Assembly (NCBI GenBank): GCA_035479295.1 | Contig: DATIIV010000012.1 | Span: forward strand, 65,010 to 129,009 | Source of the DNA: Candidatus Saccharimonadia bacterium | GTDB taxonomy: Bacteria > Patescibacteriota > Saccharimonadia > UBA4664 | DNA length: 64,000 nt | Direction: 5' to 3' | Part shown: piece by piece, positions 1 to 9,522 of the stretch | Numbering within the stretch: position 1 is the stretch's first letter | Layout: every line of letters starts with the position of its first letter | Translations under genes and position numbers: made by a program | Notes under the pieces: generated by a model | What the model saw: only the letters and a program-made list of their open reading frames with translations | What the model was told of the DNA's origin: nothing | The model's database searches: none

Positions 1-177
1 AGCCACCAAAAGTTGCAACTGGGCGTACTGGCACTGTTCCCGTTTACCTGGCCGCTCTTCTATTTCTTGGTCTGGGTCGAGTACGTCGTGCTGCTCAAGA
101 GCCTGGCCATGATTCTGCGCGGCGGCGAGATCGAGTGGCAGAGCTGGGAGCGTCGCGGCGTGGAGGAGGGGGCATGA
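1..177 (+). CDS. 3' fragment of an integral membrane protein, possibly the C-terminus of a family-2 glycosyltransferase; 5' end lies outside the window
   Basis: Open frame from the window edge to TGA 175-177 (...FYFLVWVEYVVLLKSLAMILRGGEIEWQSWERRGVEEGA*). Hydrophobic helix then a W/R-rich tail. The stop overlaps the ATG at 174 of the next gene (ATGA), so translational coupling is likely. Confidence 0.4.
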   Translation, partial: SHQKLQLGVLALFPFTWPLFYFLVWVEYVVLLKSLAMILRGGEIEWQSWERRGVEEGA

Positions 178-1352
178 AACGCCACGAGATCATCATTTGC
201 TCCATCATCTTTTTGGCCTGCTCGCTGTTTGCGGCCGATACCGCCTCGGTAGGCTTGCGTGGGACGCACCTAGTTAATTTGCCCAAGCTCATTTGGGATC
301 AGCCCAAGGCCTATGCCGTCACCAGCCATTGTTCAAGTAAACCGGCCATCGCCGGCCTAGCCCAGGCCCAAGACGCCAGTCTGCGCAAGCTAGCCACCTA
401 CCAGACGGCCTGCGGCTCGTTTGCCAGCTCCACGCTGATGGTCTTTACCGACATGCCCAAGGACAGCAAAGAGGCCGTCACCATGGCCGACCAGATGGCT
501 ACCACGCTCAAGGAGTACCAAAAGTACCGTGTCACGCCGCTGGTGATCGTGGAGCCGGTGGCCAGTTGGGGGTTTGTGGACTTTAGCGACTTTCGCAGTG
601 GCCTGTACGATCCCTGGATCATGGCCTACTTTGCCGAGCTCAAGCACGACGGCATCACCGACAGTGCCATGGGTACCTGGGTGCCGTTTCCCGAGGCCAA
701 CCTGCCGTACTGGAACAGCCAGAGTGTTAAGCCCGAGGACTTTGGCTACCTCATCAACGATTACGTTGGCATGCAAAAACACTACTTTCCGGACTCCAAG
801 TCCAGCATTATGCTCAACTCGGCCACCTACAGTAGCACTGATTTTAACTGGGCCAACGGCGAATATATCAGCCTGATTCCGTACGTCAAGAATATTCAGC
901 ACGGTCTGGTCGATAGCTTTGGTCTGCAGGGCTTCCCTTGGGCGCCGCGAGCCAGTCAGAGCGGCAATGGCATCTATGACGCCGGCGAGTACCTCGATCC
1001 TAATCTAGCCAAAGAGGCGGCCGACTACCTGGGCGTCAAGCAAATCTGGCTCAACACCGGCTCGTTTGCGCGCAAGTACACTCTGGACGACAAAGACACC
1101 ATCACCGTTTCGCCGGAGAAGCGTAAAGATATCCTGGGCGGCGCCATCGACCAGGCTATCAAGCTCCAAAAGCAGGGCTACCAGGTCTCGATCAACCTGT
1201 TTGCCCAAGACAAGAGCACGGTCGACGAGGCCACCGACTGGTCCTACTGGGGTCCCGACGGCCCGCTGCACTCGCCGGCCGCCACCGTCTTTAACGAGTT
1301 TGCCACCAAGCTCAATCAGGCCAAGATCGGGCTGTGGATCTTTGATATTTAG
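174..1352 (+). CDS. Secreted glycoside-hydrolase-like protein (TIM-barrel type, family not assignable by eye)
   Basis: ATG 174 is preceded by GGAGGAGGGGGC. N-terminus MKRHEIIICSIIFLACSLFAADTAS looks like a signal peptide. Glu-containing motifs (VPFPEAN, AGEYLDPN) resemble retaining glycosidases. The ORF-track start at 135 is rejected in favour of the internal ATG with an RBS. Confidence 0.55.
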   Translation: MKRHEIIICSIIFLACSLFAADTASVGLRGTHLVNLPKLIWDQPKAYAVTSHCSSKPAIAGLAQAQDASLRKLATYQTACGSFASSTLMVFTDMPKDSKEAVTMADQMATTLKEYQKYRVTPLVIVEPVASWGFVDFSDFRSGLYDPWIMAYFAELKHDGITDSAMGTWVPFPEANLPYWNSQSVKPEDFGYLINDYVGMQKHYFPDSKSSIMLNSATYSSTDFNWANGEYISLIPYVKNIQHGLVDSFGLQGFPWAPRASQSGNGIYDAGEYLDPNLAKEAADYLGVKQIWLNTGSFARKYTLDDKDTITVSPEKRKDILGGAIDQAIKLQKQGYQVSINLFAQDKSTVDEATDWSYWGPDGPLHSPAATVFNEFATKLNQAKIGLWIFDI

Positions 1353-1391
1353 AGTCGACCGGCAAAAGCTCTAGCCAAGGCCCAGGTTTTG

Positions 1392-1400
1392 TGCTATAAA
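1392..1400 (+). promoter_or_regulatory. Candidate extended -10 (TGcTATAAA) for the tRNA pair
   Basis: TGCTATAAA lies about 29 nt upstream of the tRNA-Arg 5' end. The same TGcTATAmT motif precedes two leaderless genes elsewhere in the window. The -35 is weak. Confidence 0.3.
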
Positions 1401-1428
1401 AGTTAGAGCCCGAGCCGCACCTCCACGG

Positions 1429-1501
1429 GCGCTCGTAGCTCAGTGGATAGAGCACTTGGCTTCGGACCAAGGTGTCGGGGGTTCGAGTCCCTCCGAGCGC
1501 A
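1429..1501 (+). tRNA. tRNA-Arg(TCG): tRNA-Arg (anticodon TCG)
   Basis: Manual cloverleaf of 73 nt. Acceptor GCGCTCG/CGAGCGC, D-stem GCTC/GAGC, anticodon stem CTTGG/CCAAG with loop CTTCGGA (U33, anticodon TCG), T-arm GGGGG-TTCGAGT-CCCTC, discriminator A. CCA is encoded at 1502-1504. Confidence 0.9.
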
Positions 1502-1537
1502 CCAGGTATCATTTACAATTATTCGTTCCGCACACGC

Positions 1538-1611
1538 GGGCCATTAGCTCAGTTGGTTAGAGCAGGAGACTCTTAATCTCCGTGTCCAGGGTTCGAGTCC
1601 CTGATGGCCCT
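1538..1611 (+). tRNA. tRNA-Lys(CTT): tRNA-Lys (anticodon CTT)
   Basis: Cloverleaf of 74 nt. Acceptor GGGCCAT/ATGGCCC, D-stem GCTC/GAGC, anticodon stem GGAGA/TCTCC with loop CTCTTAA (anticodon CTT), T-arm CAGGG-TTCGAGT-CCCTG, discriminator T. CCA is encoded at 1612-1614. Confidence 0.9.
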
Positions 1612-1624
1612 CCAGGAATTATAT

Positions 1625-1650
1625 AAAAACGACTGCAAGGTCGTTTTTTT
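1625..1650 (+). terminator. Rho-independent terminator after the tRNA pair
   Basis: AAAAACGAC-TGCAAG-GTCGT hairpin followed by a T7 run at 1644-1650. Confidence 0.7.
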
Positions 1651-1664
1651 GTTAGGATGGAACT

Positions 1665-1934
1665 ATGTGTAGAAATATCAAACAGCTTTATAATTTTGAA
1701 CCGCACGCTACAAGCGACGAAGTACGAGCCGCGGCCACGCAGTTTGTTAGAAAGATCTCGGGCTTTCAAAAGCCGTCGGCCGCTAACGAGGCCGTCTTTA
1801 ATCGTGCCATCGATGACATCGCTCATGTTAGCCACCATCTTCTCGAAGAGCTTGTAACTCAAGCTGCGCCTCGCAACCGGGAGGTTGAGGCGGCCAAGGC
1901 TCGAGCTCGCTCTGCTCAGCGTTTTGGCACGTAA
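1665..1934 (+). CDS. Small conserved hypothetical protein (N-terminal MCRNI..., reminiscent of the DUF2277 family)
   Basis: 89-aa ORF with AGGATGG 8 nt upstream of the ATG. Family assignment is from memory of the MCRNI N-terminus and is unverified. Confidence 0.5.
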   Translation: MCRNIKQLYNFEPHATSDEVRAAATQFVRKISGFQKPSAANEAVFNRAIDDIAHVSHHLLEELVTQAAPRNREVEAAKARARSAQRFGT

Positions 1935-2016
1935 TCTTGGGCGATATAGGAAGCCTCGTCTGTGGCCGTCGCTGGGCTATGACGGCGAGGTGGCGTAGTG
2001 CAGTAGCGCGCCCGAT

Positions 2017-2538
2017 TTATGGCCTGGTGCCGCTTAGCTGAGATACCCTTACGGCGCCAGAGGTGCCGTTGTGGAGTGCCAGGGCGATGCCATTGTCCTC
2101 GCACTTCACCTGGACTGCTCCGCCGTAGGCGATCGTGGCGATAACGGTGCCGCCGGTGTAGGCTGCCGTGTAATTTTGGTAGTATGGTGTGCCGGTGGAC
2201 AGGGCGCCATAGGCCGTAATATAGCCACTGCAGCCGGAGGCATCAACGGCTGTGATATTAGGCGTGCTCGGTCTGGGGGTCGGCGTGGCCGCAGCCGGCT
2301 TTGGCGTGGGAGTGGGCTGCGAAGCGGCCGGCGTGGGCGTGGGTGTCGCCGTAGCAGCTGGCGAGGATTGAGTCGGTTTCTTGTTACTCGTCTGACCGCT
2401 TGTCACAGCCACCGCATTTTTCTTTTGAGACTGAGCGACCTGAAAGGCCACAATTACCACGCCGCTTATGGCTACAACCAGGAGAATGATGAGTAACGTA
2501 CCAAAACCGGATTGATTGCTTCTGAGAGTCTTCGGCAT
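2017..2538 (-). CDS. Membrane-anchored secreted protein with a Pro/Thr/Ala-rich linker and a Cys-containing C-terminal domain
   Basis: RBS AAGGAAAG precedes the ATG at 2538. N-terminal hydrophobic helix (GTLLIILLVVAISGVVIVAF), then a low-complexity PTPTP linker, then a globular tail with 2 Cys. An AT-rich promoter region lies upstream (2540-2600). Confidence 0.6.
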   Translation of the reverse strand: MPKTLRSNQSGFGTLLIILLVVAISGVVIVAFQVAQSQKKNAVAVTSGQTSNKKPTQSSPAATATPTPTPAASQPTPTPKPAAATPTPRPSTPNITAVDASGCSGYITAYGALSTGTPYYQNYTAAYTGGTVIATIAYGGAVQVKCEDNGIALALHNGTSGAVRVSQLSGTRP

Positions 2539-2880
2539 GCTTTCCTTATAATATGCTTATGCTAGTATTGGCTATAGCAAAAAGTGGCACCAAATACACT
2601 TTAGAAATGATGATGAGCAGCGGTGTCGTTATCTCTCGGCGATTTACGGCACCGCGGGTAAGACAATGATCGGCAGGGGTAGGCGGCGCCCACCCCTGCC
2701 GGCGGTACTTAAGCGTAGCACTCGGCTGCGCCAACGATGCGAATCGGCCTAAGGCTGATGCTCTGCCTAGGTATATCGACTTCCTGAACCAGTGACGCTT
2801 TCAGCGGCAGGCGGCCAATAGTGAGGTGTGGCTGGAAATCTAGCGCGTAGCTTAGGCCATTGCTCTGCGCTATAAACCTT

Positions 2881-3354
2881 TCAGGCATCATTGATGCCGC
2901 ATTGACGCAGGGCTTCTTTTAGTGCTCCGAGCATTGGCGTAAGGACGTTTAGCCACTCGGGGCAGAGAGCAAGGGCGAGCGCAAATGCCGGCTCCGGACT
3001 TGTGCCATATGGTTTGGCCGCGACGGTTGTCGTGGTAACCGACCGCAAGTTGCCACCTAGTGCGGCTGCGAAGACCGGCTGAAGCGCTAGCTGTAGTTGT
3101 TGCATGGAGAGCTTTGTGGCACTGGTATGACCCAGGTAGTCTCTAACCTCCTCAAGGAGCTCATCGGGGCGACCGATGTGCAAGAGCGTCACATGCAGGC
3201 GGCTTGCTTTTACTGGAGTGAGTGGCAGCCCACTGTCGATAAGCCAAGTCTGGACTGTCCTGATTGTCGGTAGGCTGGCTCGGTGAATGGGGTGCTCCAC
3301 TCTCACGTGGCTTGTTCGGTCTGGCCGAAATCGGTCAGGCATGAAGCTCAGCAT
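2881..3354 (-). CDS. Hypothetical protein (possible 2H-phosphoesterase-like H-x-T motifs; weak)
   Basis: 157-aa ORF containing HVRV and HVTLLH motifs. No other support. Confidence 0.35.
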   Translation of the reverse strand: MLSFMPDRFRPDRTSHVRVEHPIHRASLPTIRTVQTWLIDSGLPLTPVKASRLHVTLLHIGRPDELLEEVRDYLGHTSATKLSMQQLQLALQPVFAAALGGNLRSVTTTTVAAKPYGTSPEPAFALALALCPEWLNVLTPMLGALKEALRQCGINDA

Positions 3355-3611
3355 ATGTGGTCCTTTGATGGTGGGCTTAAAAGCGCATGGATACTGTAAT
3401 GCAGGGCAACAGCCAAGTAAATATCGACGAAAGAAGACTTCTCTAACGATGCTGATTATTAGAATAAACGTTACTACGACACGCGGACTTGCTCATCCAC
3501 CACGAAATACAGGTTGAGAGGGTACCCCATAGATCGCATCACTACCGCCGGCGCCAGCTACGGCGACGAGTTCATCGTCTGGGCCGCGCAGGTCCTTCCG
3601 CGCGGTATAGA

Positions 3612-3619
3612 TGTATAAT
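3612..3619 (+). promoter_or_regulatory. Candidate -10 (TGTATAAT) for the VOC/UvrA-like operon
   Basis: TGTATAAT lies 21 nt upstream of the ATG at 3640, with the RBS AAGGAG in between. Confidence 0.35.
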
Positions 3620-3639
3620 GAAGCCAAAGGAGCAGATTT

Positions 3640-4068
3640 ATGAGCAAAACGAACCCGGTCGTACATTTTGAGATGGGCTACAAGGACCAGGCCCGCATGG
3701 TGAAGTTTTATGAGACGGTCTTTGGCTGGACGACCAATGTGATGGGGCCGGACATGGGCAACTACGTGGTGGCCCATACCACCGAGACCGACGAGAACGG
3801 CATGATTCAGACCAAGGGCGCCATCAACGGCGGCTTCTACCAAAAGACCGACGACCCGCTGAGCCAGGCACCGTCGGTGGTAGTGTCGGTAGAGGACATT
3901 CACGCTGCGATGAAGGCGGTGGAGGAGGCCGGCGGTAAGATTCTAGGCGGCATGAACGCGCAGGGCGAGCACACCCTGGAGCCGCAGATGATTCCGGGCG
4001 TTGGGCTGTGGATCTCGGTTATGGACACCGAGGACAATCGGTTCTCCCTGCTGCAAGCCAAGTCGTAG
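3640..4068 (+). CDS. VOC-family (glyoxalase/bleomycin-resistance fold) protein
   Basis: RBS AAGGAG. 142 aa of small beta-alpha-beta-beta-beta type (VHFEMGYKDQARMVKFYETVFGW...). The stop is 3 nt before the next ATG. Confidence 0.75.
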   Translation: MSKTNPVVHFEMGYKDQARMVKFYETVFGWTTNVMGPDMGNYVVAHTTETDENGMIQTKGAINGGFYQKTDDPLSQAPSVVVSVEDIHAAMKAVEEAGGKILGGMNAQGEHTLEPQMIPGVGLWISVMDTEDNRFSLLQAKS

Positions 4069-4071
4069 CCT

Positions 4072-6300
4072 ATGCCAGAATATATCGAAATCCGAGGTGC
4101 CCGCGAAAACAACCTTAAGAACGTGTCGGTGCGCATTCCCAAGCGCCAGATCACGGTCTTTACCGGTGTGTCCGGCTCGGGTAAGTCGTCGCTGGTGTTT
4201 GATACCGTGGCGGCCGAGGCGCAGCGGTTGCTGAACGAGAACTTCAGTATGTTTGTGCGCAATTTTTTGCCGCACCTCACGCAGCCCGAGGCCGACGAGA
4301 TCAAGAATTTGAGCATGGCGGTGATCGTGGATCAGAAGCGGCTGGGTGGTGGCTCGCACTCCACCGTGGGCACGGTCACGGATATCGCGACGGCGCTGCG
4401 GCTGCTATTTTCGCGCGTGGGTAAGCCCTACATTGGCTATGCCAACCTATTTTCTTTTAACGATCCGGCCGGCATGTGCCCGGCTTGCAACGGTATGGGC
4501 CAGATGATGGCCCTGGACCGTGAGCTGGCGCTTGATACCTCTAAATCCATCGATGACGGCGCCATCAGGTTGCCGGGCTACGATGGGGGTAATGTGTGGA
4601 CCTACGGCGCCATGAAAGCCGCAGGCGTGGACACTACTAAAAAGCTCAAAGACTTCACAGCCGCCGAGATGGAAGAATTCCTGCACGGCGAGCCCCGCAA
4701 GGTCAAGGTTAACGGCATCAACCTCACCTATGAGGGTCTGGAAGGGGTCTTTACTAAAAAATACATTTTGCGCGACCTCAAAACTATGTCCGAGCGCACG
4801 CAGAAGCAGTTTGGGCCGTTCATTACCATGGGTGCCTGTAATCTCTGCCGCGGCGGGCGCCTCAGCCAAAAAGCCCTGTCAGTCAAAGTCGGCGGTCACA
4901 ATATCGCTGAGCTGGCTGCCATGCAGGTGGATGCGCTACTGGAGGTCATCAAATCGATTAAGGCGCCCGAGGCTCAGGCTATTGTGACCACGGTGCACAA
5001 CCGGCTGAGCAACCTCGTCGATATCGGTCTGGGCTACCTCAGTCTTGACCGCACCACCGATACGCTGTCGGGTGGCGAGTCGCAGCGGGTCAAGATGGTG
5101 AAGCATCTCAACGGCTCCCTGGTCGACGTCATGTACATCTTCGACGAGCCGAGTGTGGGCCTGCATCCGCGCGACGTGCATCGCCTCAACGAGCTGCTGG
5201 CCAAGCTGCGCGACGCCGGCAACACCGTCATCGTGGTGGAGCACGACCCCGACGTCATTCAGGCCGCCGACCACATCGTCGACGTCGGCCCGAAAGCCGG
5301 CAGCCAGGGCGGGGAAGTCGTGTTTGAGGGCAGCTACCACGACCTGCTCAAGGCCGATACCCTGACGGCGCGCCACCTGGGCGACCAATCGCCCATTAAG
5401 GCCACCTTCCGTCAATCCACCGGCCAGCTCGAGATCCGCGACGCCCACGCCAACAACCTGCGTCATCTCAACGTCGACATCCCCACCGGCGTCTTCACCG
5501 TCATCACCGGTGTGGCCGGCTCGGGCAAGAGCTCGCTCATCAACCAGGTATTTCTGCGCCAGCACCCCGAGGCCATCGTGGTCGACCAATCGCCCATCGG
5601 CGTCTCCACCCGCTCCAATCCGGCCACCTACACCGGCATCATGGACGTCATCCGCAAAGCCTTTGCTACGGCCAATAAGGCTGATATCGCGCTCTTTAGC
5701 TTCAATTCCAAAGGCGCCTGCGACAATTGCAAAGGCGCCGGCTTCGTCACCACCGACCTGGCCTTTCTCGACGACGCCAAACTGCCCTGCGACGTCTGCG
5801 AGGGCAAGCGCTTCAAGGCCGAGGTGCTTGAGTATAAATATCAGGGTAAGAATATCACCGAAGTGCTCGATCTCACGGTGGCCCAGGCCAACGAGTTCTT
5901 CGACCTCAAGGAAATCGCCCAAAAGCTCCAGGCCCTCAGCGACGTCGGCCTCGACTACCTGTCGCTCGGCCAACCCTTGAGCTCGCTGTCCGGCGGCGAA
6001 TGCCAGCGCCTCAAGCTGGCCTCCGAACTCCACAAACAAGGCAGCATCTACGTGCTCGACGAGCCCACTACCGGCCTGCATATGTCTGACATCGCGCGCC
6101 TCCACACCATCATCGACCGCCTCGTCGACGCTGGCAACACGGTCATCACCATCGAGCACAACCAAGAAGTCATCCGCCGCGCCGATCACATCATCGACCT
6201 CGGCCCCGAAGGCGGCAACGCCGGCGGCCAGATCATGTTTGAGGGCACGCCCGCGGAGTTGGTGAAGAGCAAGGCGGCGCTGATAGGGCGCTATCTGTGA
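4072..6300 (+). CDS. UvrA-like ABC ATPase, class II (short UvrA paralog lacking the UvrB-binding and insertion domains)
   Basis: 742 aa, against about 940 for canonical UvrA. Two ABC modules with Walker A ([20 protein letters not shown]), signature ([16 protein letters not shown]) and Walker B (IFDEPS, VLDEPT). Zinc-finger Cys pairs are present (CPACNG, CNLCRGG, CDNCKG, CDVCEG). Confidence 0.9.
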   Translation: MPEYIEIRGARENNLKNVSVRIPKRQITVFTGVSGSGKSSLVFDTVAAEAQRLLNENFSMFVRNFLPHLTQPEADEIKNLSMAVIVDQKRLGGGSHSTVGTVTDIATALRLLFSRVGKPYIGYANLFSFNDPAGMCPACNGMGQMMALDRELALDTSKSIDDGAIRLPGYDGGNVWTYGAMKAAGVDTTKKLKDFTAAEMEEFLHGEPRKVKVNGINLTYEGLEGVFTKKYILRDLKTMSERTQKQFGPFITMGACNLCRGGRLSQKALSVKVGGHNIAELAAMQVDALLEVIKSIKAPEAQAIVTTVHNRLSNLVDIGLGYLSLDRTTDTLSGGESQRVKMVKHLNGSLVDVMYIFDEPSVGLHPRDVHRLNELLAKLRDAGNTVIVVEHDPDVIQAADHIVDVGPKAGSQGGEVVFEGSYHDLLKADTLTARHLGDQSPIKATFRQSTGQLEIRDAHANNLRHLNVDIPTGVFTVITGVAGSGKSSLINQVFLRQHPEAIVVDQSPIGVSTRSNPATYTGIMDVIRKAFATANKADIALFSFNSKGACDNCKGAGFVTTDLAFLDDAKLPCDVCEGKRFKAEVLEYKYQGKNITEVLDLTVAQANEFFDLKEIAQKLQALSDVGLDYLSLGQPLSSLSGGECQRLKLASELHKQGSIYVLDEPTTGLHMSDIARLHTIIDRLVDAGNTVITIEHNQEVIRRADHIIDLGPEGGNAGGQIMFEGTPAELVKSKAALIGRYL

Positions 6301-6409
6301 TCCATCTAAGATGGACCGAAAGAAGGTTCCCCATTCTAGCCAACCCCCTTACGCTTATTGACGGGCTCGCTTAATGCAGCTACTCTTAAACTAAGAAAAG
6401 GTTTGGGGG

Positions 6410-6643
6410 ATGGCAAAAAAGACTAGTTTTAAGTTTCAACTCCGTGATGTTCTTATGGCTGTCGTGCTCATTGCCCTCGCTGTTACTAACTTTGTCTGGT
6501 ACCAGACCACTCAAGGCCTGTCTATTAGCGCGGAAAATGCCGTTAAAGGCTGGGTATACTCGGAGACGCAGATCTCTAAATTAAAGCTCTGCATCGACCA
6601 GGGCACCAAGCCCTGCGATATATCGACTACGACCCAGCCGTAG
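6410..6643 (+). CDS. Small membrane protein, hypothetical
   Basis: 77-aa ORF with one TM helix (LMAVVLIALAVTNFVW) and AAAAGG upstream. Confidence 0.4.
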   Translation: MAKKTSFKFQLRDVLMAVVLIALAVTNFVWYQTTQGLSISAENAVKGWVYSETQISKLKLCIDQGTKPCDISTTTQP

Positions 6644-6690
6644 AGAGCCAGGCCGCAAAAAAAAGGCCGATGGACCTTACGGGATGAGAC

Positions 6691-8667
6691 TTACTCATCC
6701 CTCATATCGCTAATCGGACTGCGCCGCACGTTACGCAGGAGCGGCGGCAGGATGGCCACGAGGCTAATGCCGATGATGCTAGCCACGAGCCAGATGAGCT
6801 GGGCGGGGTCGAAGCCGATAAAGCTAAAGCTTTGACCGCGGTCGAACACGCCGAACGTCACCTTGGCGTAGTCGGTTACTTGAGCACTGTAGAGGGCCTG
6901 CACGGTAAACGCAATGCCAAGCCCCAAAATCAAACTGAAGGCGACAATCCGGGCCGCCACAATCAGGCTGTAGAGCAAATATACCGCCATGATGTCGCGC
7001 CGCTTGGCGCCAATAGCTCGGAACACGGCGGTTTCGCGGCGGCTATCGATGATGACTCGCGCCATGGTGGCCCAAATGATGATGCCGGCAATGAGAATGG
7101 CAAACGGCAGGGCGGTGCGCAGGGCTTTGGTTACGGTGGTGTCGATGTCGTCGGCCAGCAGGTAGTTGGATCCGTAGGGCTCGAGGGTGAAGGGCTTGCC
7201 GCAGGAGTTGGTGTCGGGCGGGCAGCCTTGCTGGTGAATAAACGACCGAGCCGCGCCCACCGAGGGGAAGCTCACAATAGCCTCGCCGATGCCGGCAGCG
7301 GTAAGCGTACTGGAGCTGAATTTGCTGGAAGCGAGCAGCACATCTTTGTGCTGGGCTGCCGCGGGGAGTTGGCCAAATAGCTGTTGCGGTATCATGGCGC
7401 CAGCGCCGTACTGCGCCCCCAGCAGCGACGACATGAAGTTGGGCAGGCTCGTTAAGGCATTGGTCTGCGGCGACACCGGCATAACGCCCACAATCATAAA
7501 GGTGAGCAGCTGGTGCTGGGGTGCCTCATAGGCGCCTAGGGCTTGGCTTAGCGCTATCTGGTCCTGCGCCGCCTTTTTCTCATCGGCCGAGCGCTTATCT
7601 TGTTTAACGGTGATATCGCCGCACGGTGCGGTGGGCGGGCTGTAGCTAAGGGCCGGAGGCACGTAGGTTTTATCGTCTTTGTGCTCGGCGGCTGCAGCTG
7701 CTGCTTGGCTCATAGTGGTGAGCTCGCTAATTTCGGCCTCGTTACGGTAGCAAGCGGTGTAGGTGGTGCCATTGAGCTTCTGCTGGAGTGCCTTCATCCA
7801 GGCAATCTGTTGGCTGGCCGAGACTGGTGGCTGCGAGATATTGTAAGACTGACCAAACAAAGTCATGGCTTCGGTCGTCGTAATCACGACGGGAATAGCG
7901 GCCAGGTTAGCTCGACGCTTATCGTTGACCGGCAGAATAAACCGTTTAATGAGGGCATCATCCACCAGCGAGTAAGACGAATTACGCACGCTGGCCGTGA
8001 GGTAGCCGTAGGTGGTTTGATCGGAGCCTTGCGGCCGGGCATTCGGCCCAAGCTTGCTTAAGTCTTCTTTGCCCCCGGCGAGGTAGCTGGTGTTGGCATA
8101 GTTGAGCGCGACGCTCTGGTTTTGGTGAAAAGCGGTGGCTCCATAGGGCGCGGCCGCGGTCTTTAAGTCCGCCAGTTTATTTTTGGCGGTGGCCACATAT
8201 TCGGTTTGGAGTTTCTGAGTGTAGAGCGGATAAACTGGTGAGTCAAAGTTAATGCGCACGCGCCGATCGGCCGGCACCGACGCCTCGGCATAAGGATTAG
8301 GCAGAAGAATCGGCGCTACACTCTGGGGGTCAAATGAGAGCTTAAGCTTCTTGGCCAGATCCTTTTGCTGGGAGATGTAAGTGGCTTGTAGAGTGGTTAA
8401 AGTGGCGATAGTAGCGGCCGACGGGCCGCCTGAGCTAAAGCCAAACACCTCGGGCGGAATGATAGGCTGAGACTTGACTAAGTATTGGCCATCTAGAGCG
8501 GTACGGGTGTAGGCGTGGGCGCTTTTGGAGATGCCGGTGGCCAGCAGGCCCGCCGCGCACAGAATACCAAACGACAGCCCCGATACCACAATGGTAATGG
8601 CGAGCATTATCCGCTTGGTGTGAAGCTTGGCCCGGGCCAGAGTGATCGTGTCGCGCAGGCTGATCAT
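6691..8667 (-). CDS. MacB/FtsX-type ABC transporter permease with a large extracytoplasmic domain
   Basis: 658 aa. N-terminal TM helix, large periplasmic region, C-terminal FtsX-like 3-TM bundle. Overlaps the upstream ATPase gene by 4 nt. Confidence 0.85.
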   Translation of the reverse strand: MISLRDTITLARAKLHTKRIMLAITIVVSGLSFGILCAAGLLATGISKSAHAYTRTALDGQYLVKSQPIIPPEVFGFSSGGPSAATIATLTTLQATYISQQKDLAKKLKLSFDPQSVAPILLPNPYAEASVPADRRVRINFDSPVYPLYTQKLQTEYVATAKNKLADLKTAAAPYGATAFHQNQSVALNYANTSYLAGGKEDLSKLGPNARPQGSDQTTYGYLTASVRNSSYSLVDDALIKRFILPVNDKRRANLAAIPVVITTTEAMTLFGQSYNISQPPVSASQQIAWMKALQQKLNGTTYTACYRNEAEISELTTMSQAAAAAAEHKDDKTYVPPALSYSPPTAPCGDITVKQDKRSADEKKAAQDQIALSQALGAYEAPQHQLLTFMIVGVMPVSPQTNALTSLPNFMSSLLGAQYGAGAMIPQQLFGQLPAAAQHKDVLLASSKFSSSTLTAAGIGEAIVSFPSVGAARSFIHQQGCPPDTNSCGKPFTLEPYGSNYLLADDIDTTVTKALRTALPFAILIAGIIIWATMARVIIDSRRETAVFRAIGAKRRDIMAVYLLYSLIVAARIVAFSLILGLGIAFTVQALYSAQVTDYAKVTFGVFDRGQSFSFIGFDPAQLIWLVASIIGISLVAILPPLLRNVRRSPISDMRDE

Positions 8668-9458
8668 ACCAGGACTCCATCGCTGAGCCGGATTTCCCGG
8701 TCGGCTTGGGCGGCAATGTCGGGGTTGTGAGTCACGATCACCACCGTGGTGCCCGCAGTGGCCCGGATATGCTTGAAGAGCTCGATGATGGCCGCGCTGT
8801 TGGTGCTATCCAAGTTGCCGGTGGGCTCGTCGGCCAGCAGGATACGGGGTTTATTAAGCAGGGCCCGGGCCACGGCCGCTCGTTGAATCTGGCCGCCCGA
8901 GAGCTGTTTGGGCAATTGCTGAGCCTGCTCCGATAACCCCACGATTTGGAGCAGCTCGCGGACTCGGGCCTGCCGGTCCGCTGGCTTAACGTGGCCAAAC
9001 ATACCCGGCACCTCCACGTTTTTGCCCAGCGGCAGAAACGGCTGCAGGTAAAAGAATTGAAACACAAAGCCAATGGTTTGATTGCGAAACTCAGCTAAAG
9101 CGGTGTCTTTGAGCCGGCTGAGGTCGTGTCCTTCAATCGTGATTTCGCCGCTGGTGGGCTTATCGAGGCCGCCCATCAGCTGCAGCAGCGTGCTTTTGCC
9201 GCTACCGCTCGCCCCGGTGAGCGCCACAAACTCACCTTCATGGATATCCAGTGACACGCCGTTGAGAGCATTCACTACTTGCTTGCCTCGCTTATATCGC
9301 TTGGCTACATCTTTTACAGACAACACCACTGGTCCGCTCGGAGCCTCCTGAGGCTTGGGCAAGGTAGCGGCTGGAGCTTGCAGTGATTGAGCCGCCAGCA
9401 CGGCATCGCCGTTAAATAACTCCAAGAAATCCCGAATTTGTTGCGGAGTGGCGGTCAT
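8664..9458 (-). CDS. ABC transporter ATP-binding protein (MacB/LolD-like)
   Basis: Walker A GASGSGKST, signature LSGGQIQR, Walker B LLADEPTGNLD, H-loop VVIVTHN. Coupled to the permease by a 4-nt overlap. Confidence 0.9.
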   Translation of the reverse strand: MTATPQQIRDFLELFNGDAVLAAQSLQAPAATLPKPQEAPSGPVVLSVKDVAKRYKRGKQVVNALNGVSLDIHEGEFVALTGASGSGKSTLLQLMGGLDKPTSGEITIEGHDLSRLKDTALAEFRNQTIGFVFQFFYLQPFLPLGKNVEVPGMFGHVKPADRQARVRELLQIVGLSEQAQQLPKQLSGGQIQRAAVARALLNKPRILLADEPTGNLDSTNSAAIIELFKHIRATAGTTVVIVTHNPDIAAQADREIRLSDGVLV

Positions 9459-9522
9459 ACCGTTAAAGCCAGTTCTTCATAGCTGGTCTTATTGTAACAA
9501 GCTTACGCTTAGTTGGCTTGGG

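Noticed and set aside
1312-1512. 66-aa minus-strand ORF
   Set aside because: It overlaps both tRNA genes.
2881-3354. Calling 2881-3354 a 2H phosphoesterase or RNA ligase (LigT)
   Set aside because: Only two loose H-x-T/V motifs. Spacing and surrounding residues do not convincingly match, so it is left as hypothetical.
4936-6189. 417-aa ORF antisense to the UvrA-like gene
   Set aside because: It lies entirely inside a gene with unambiguous ABC-ATPase motifs. Its Ala/Gly/Val/Asp-rich low-complexity translation is typical of antisense frames in high-GC DNA.
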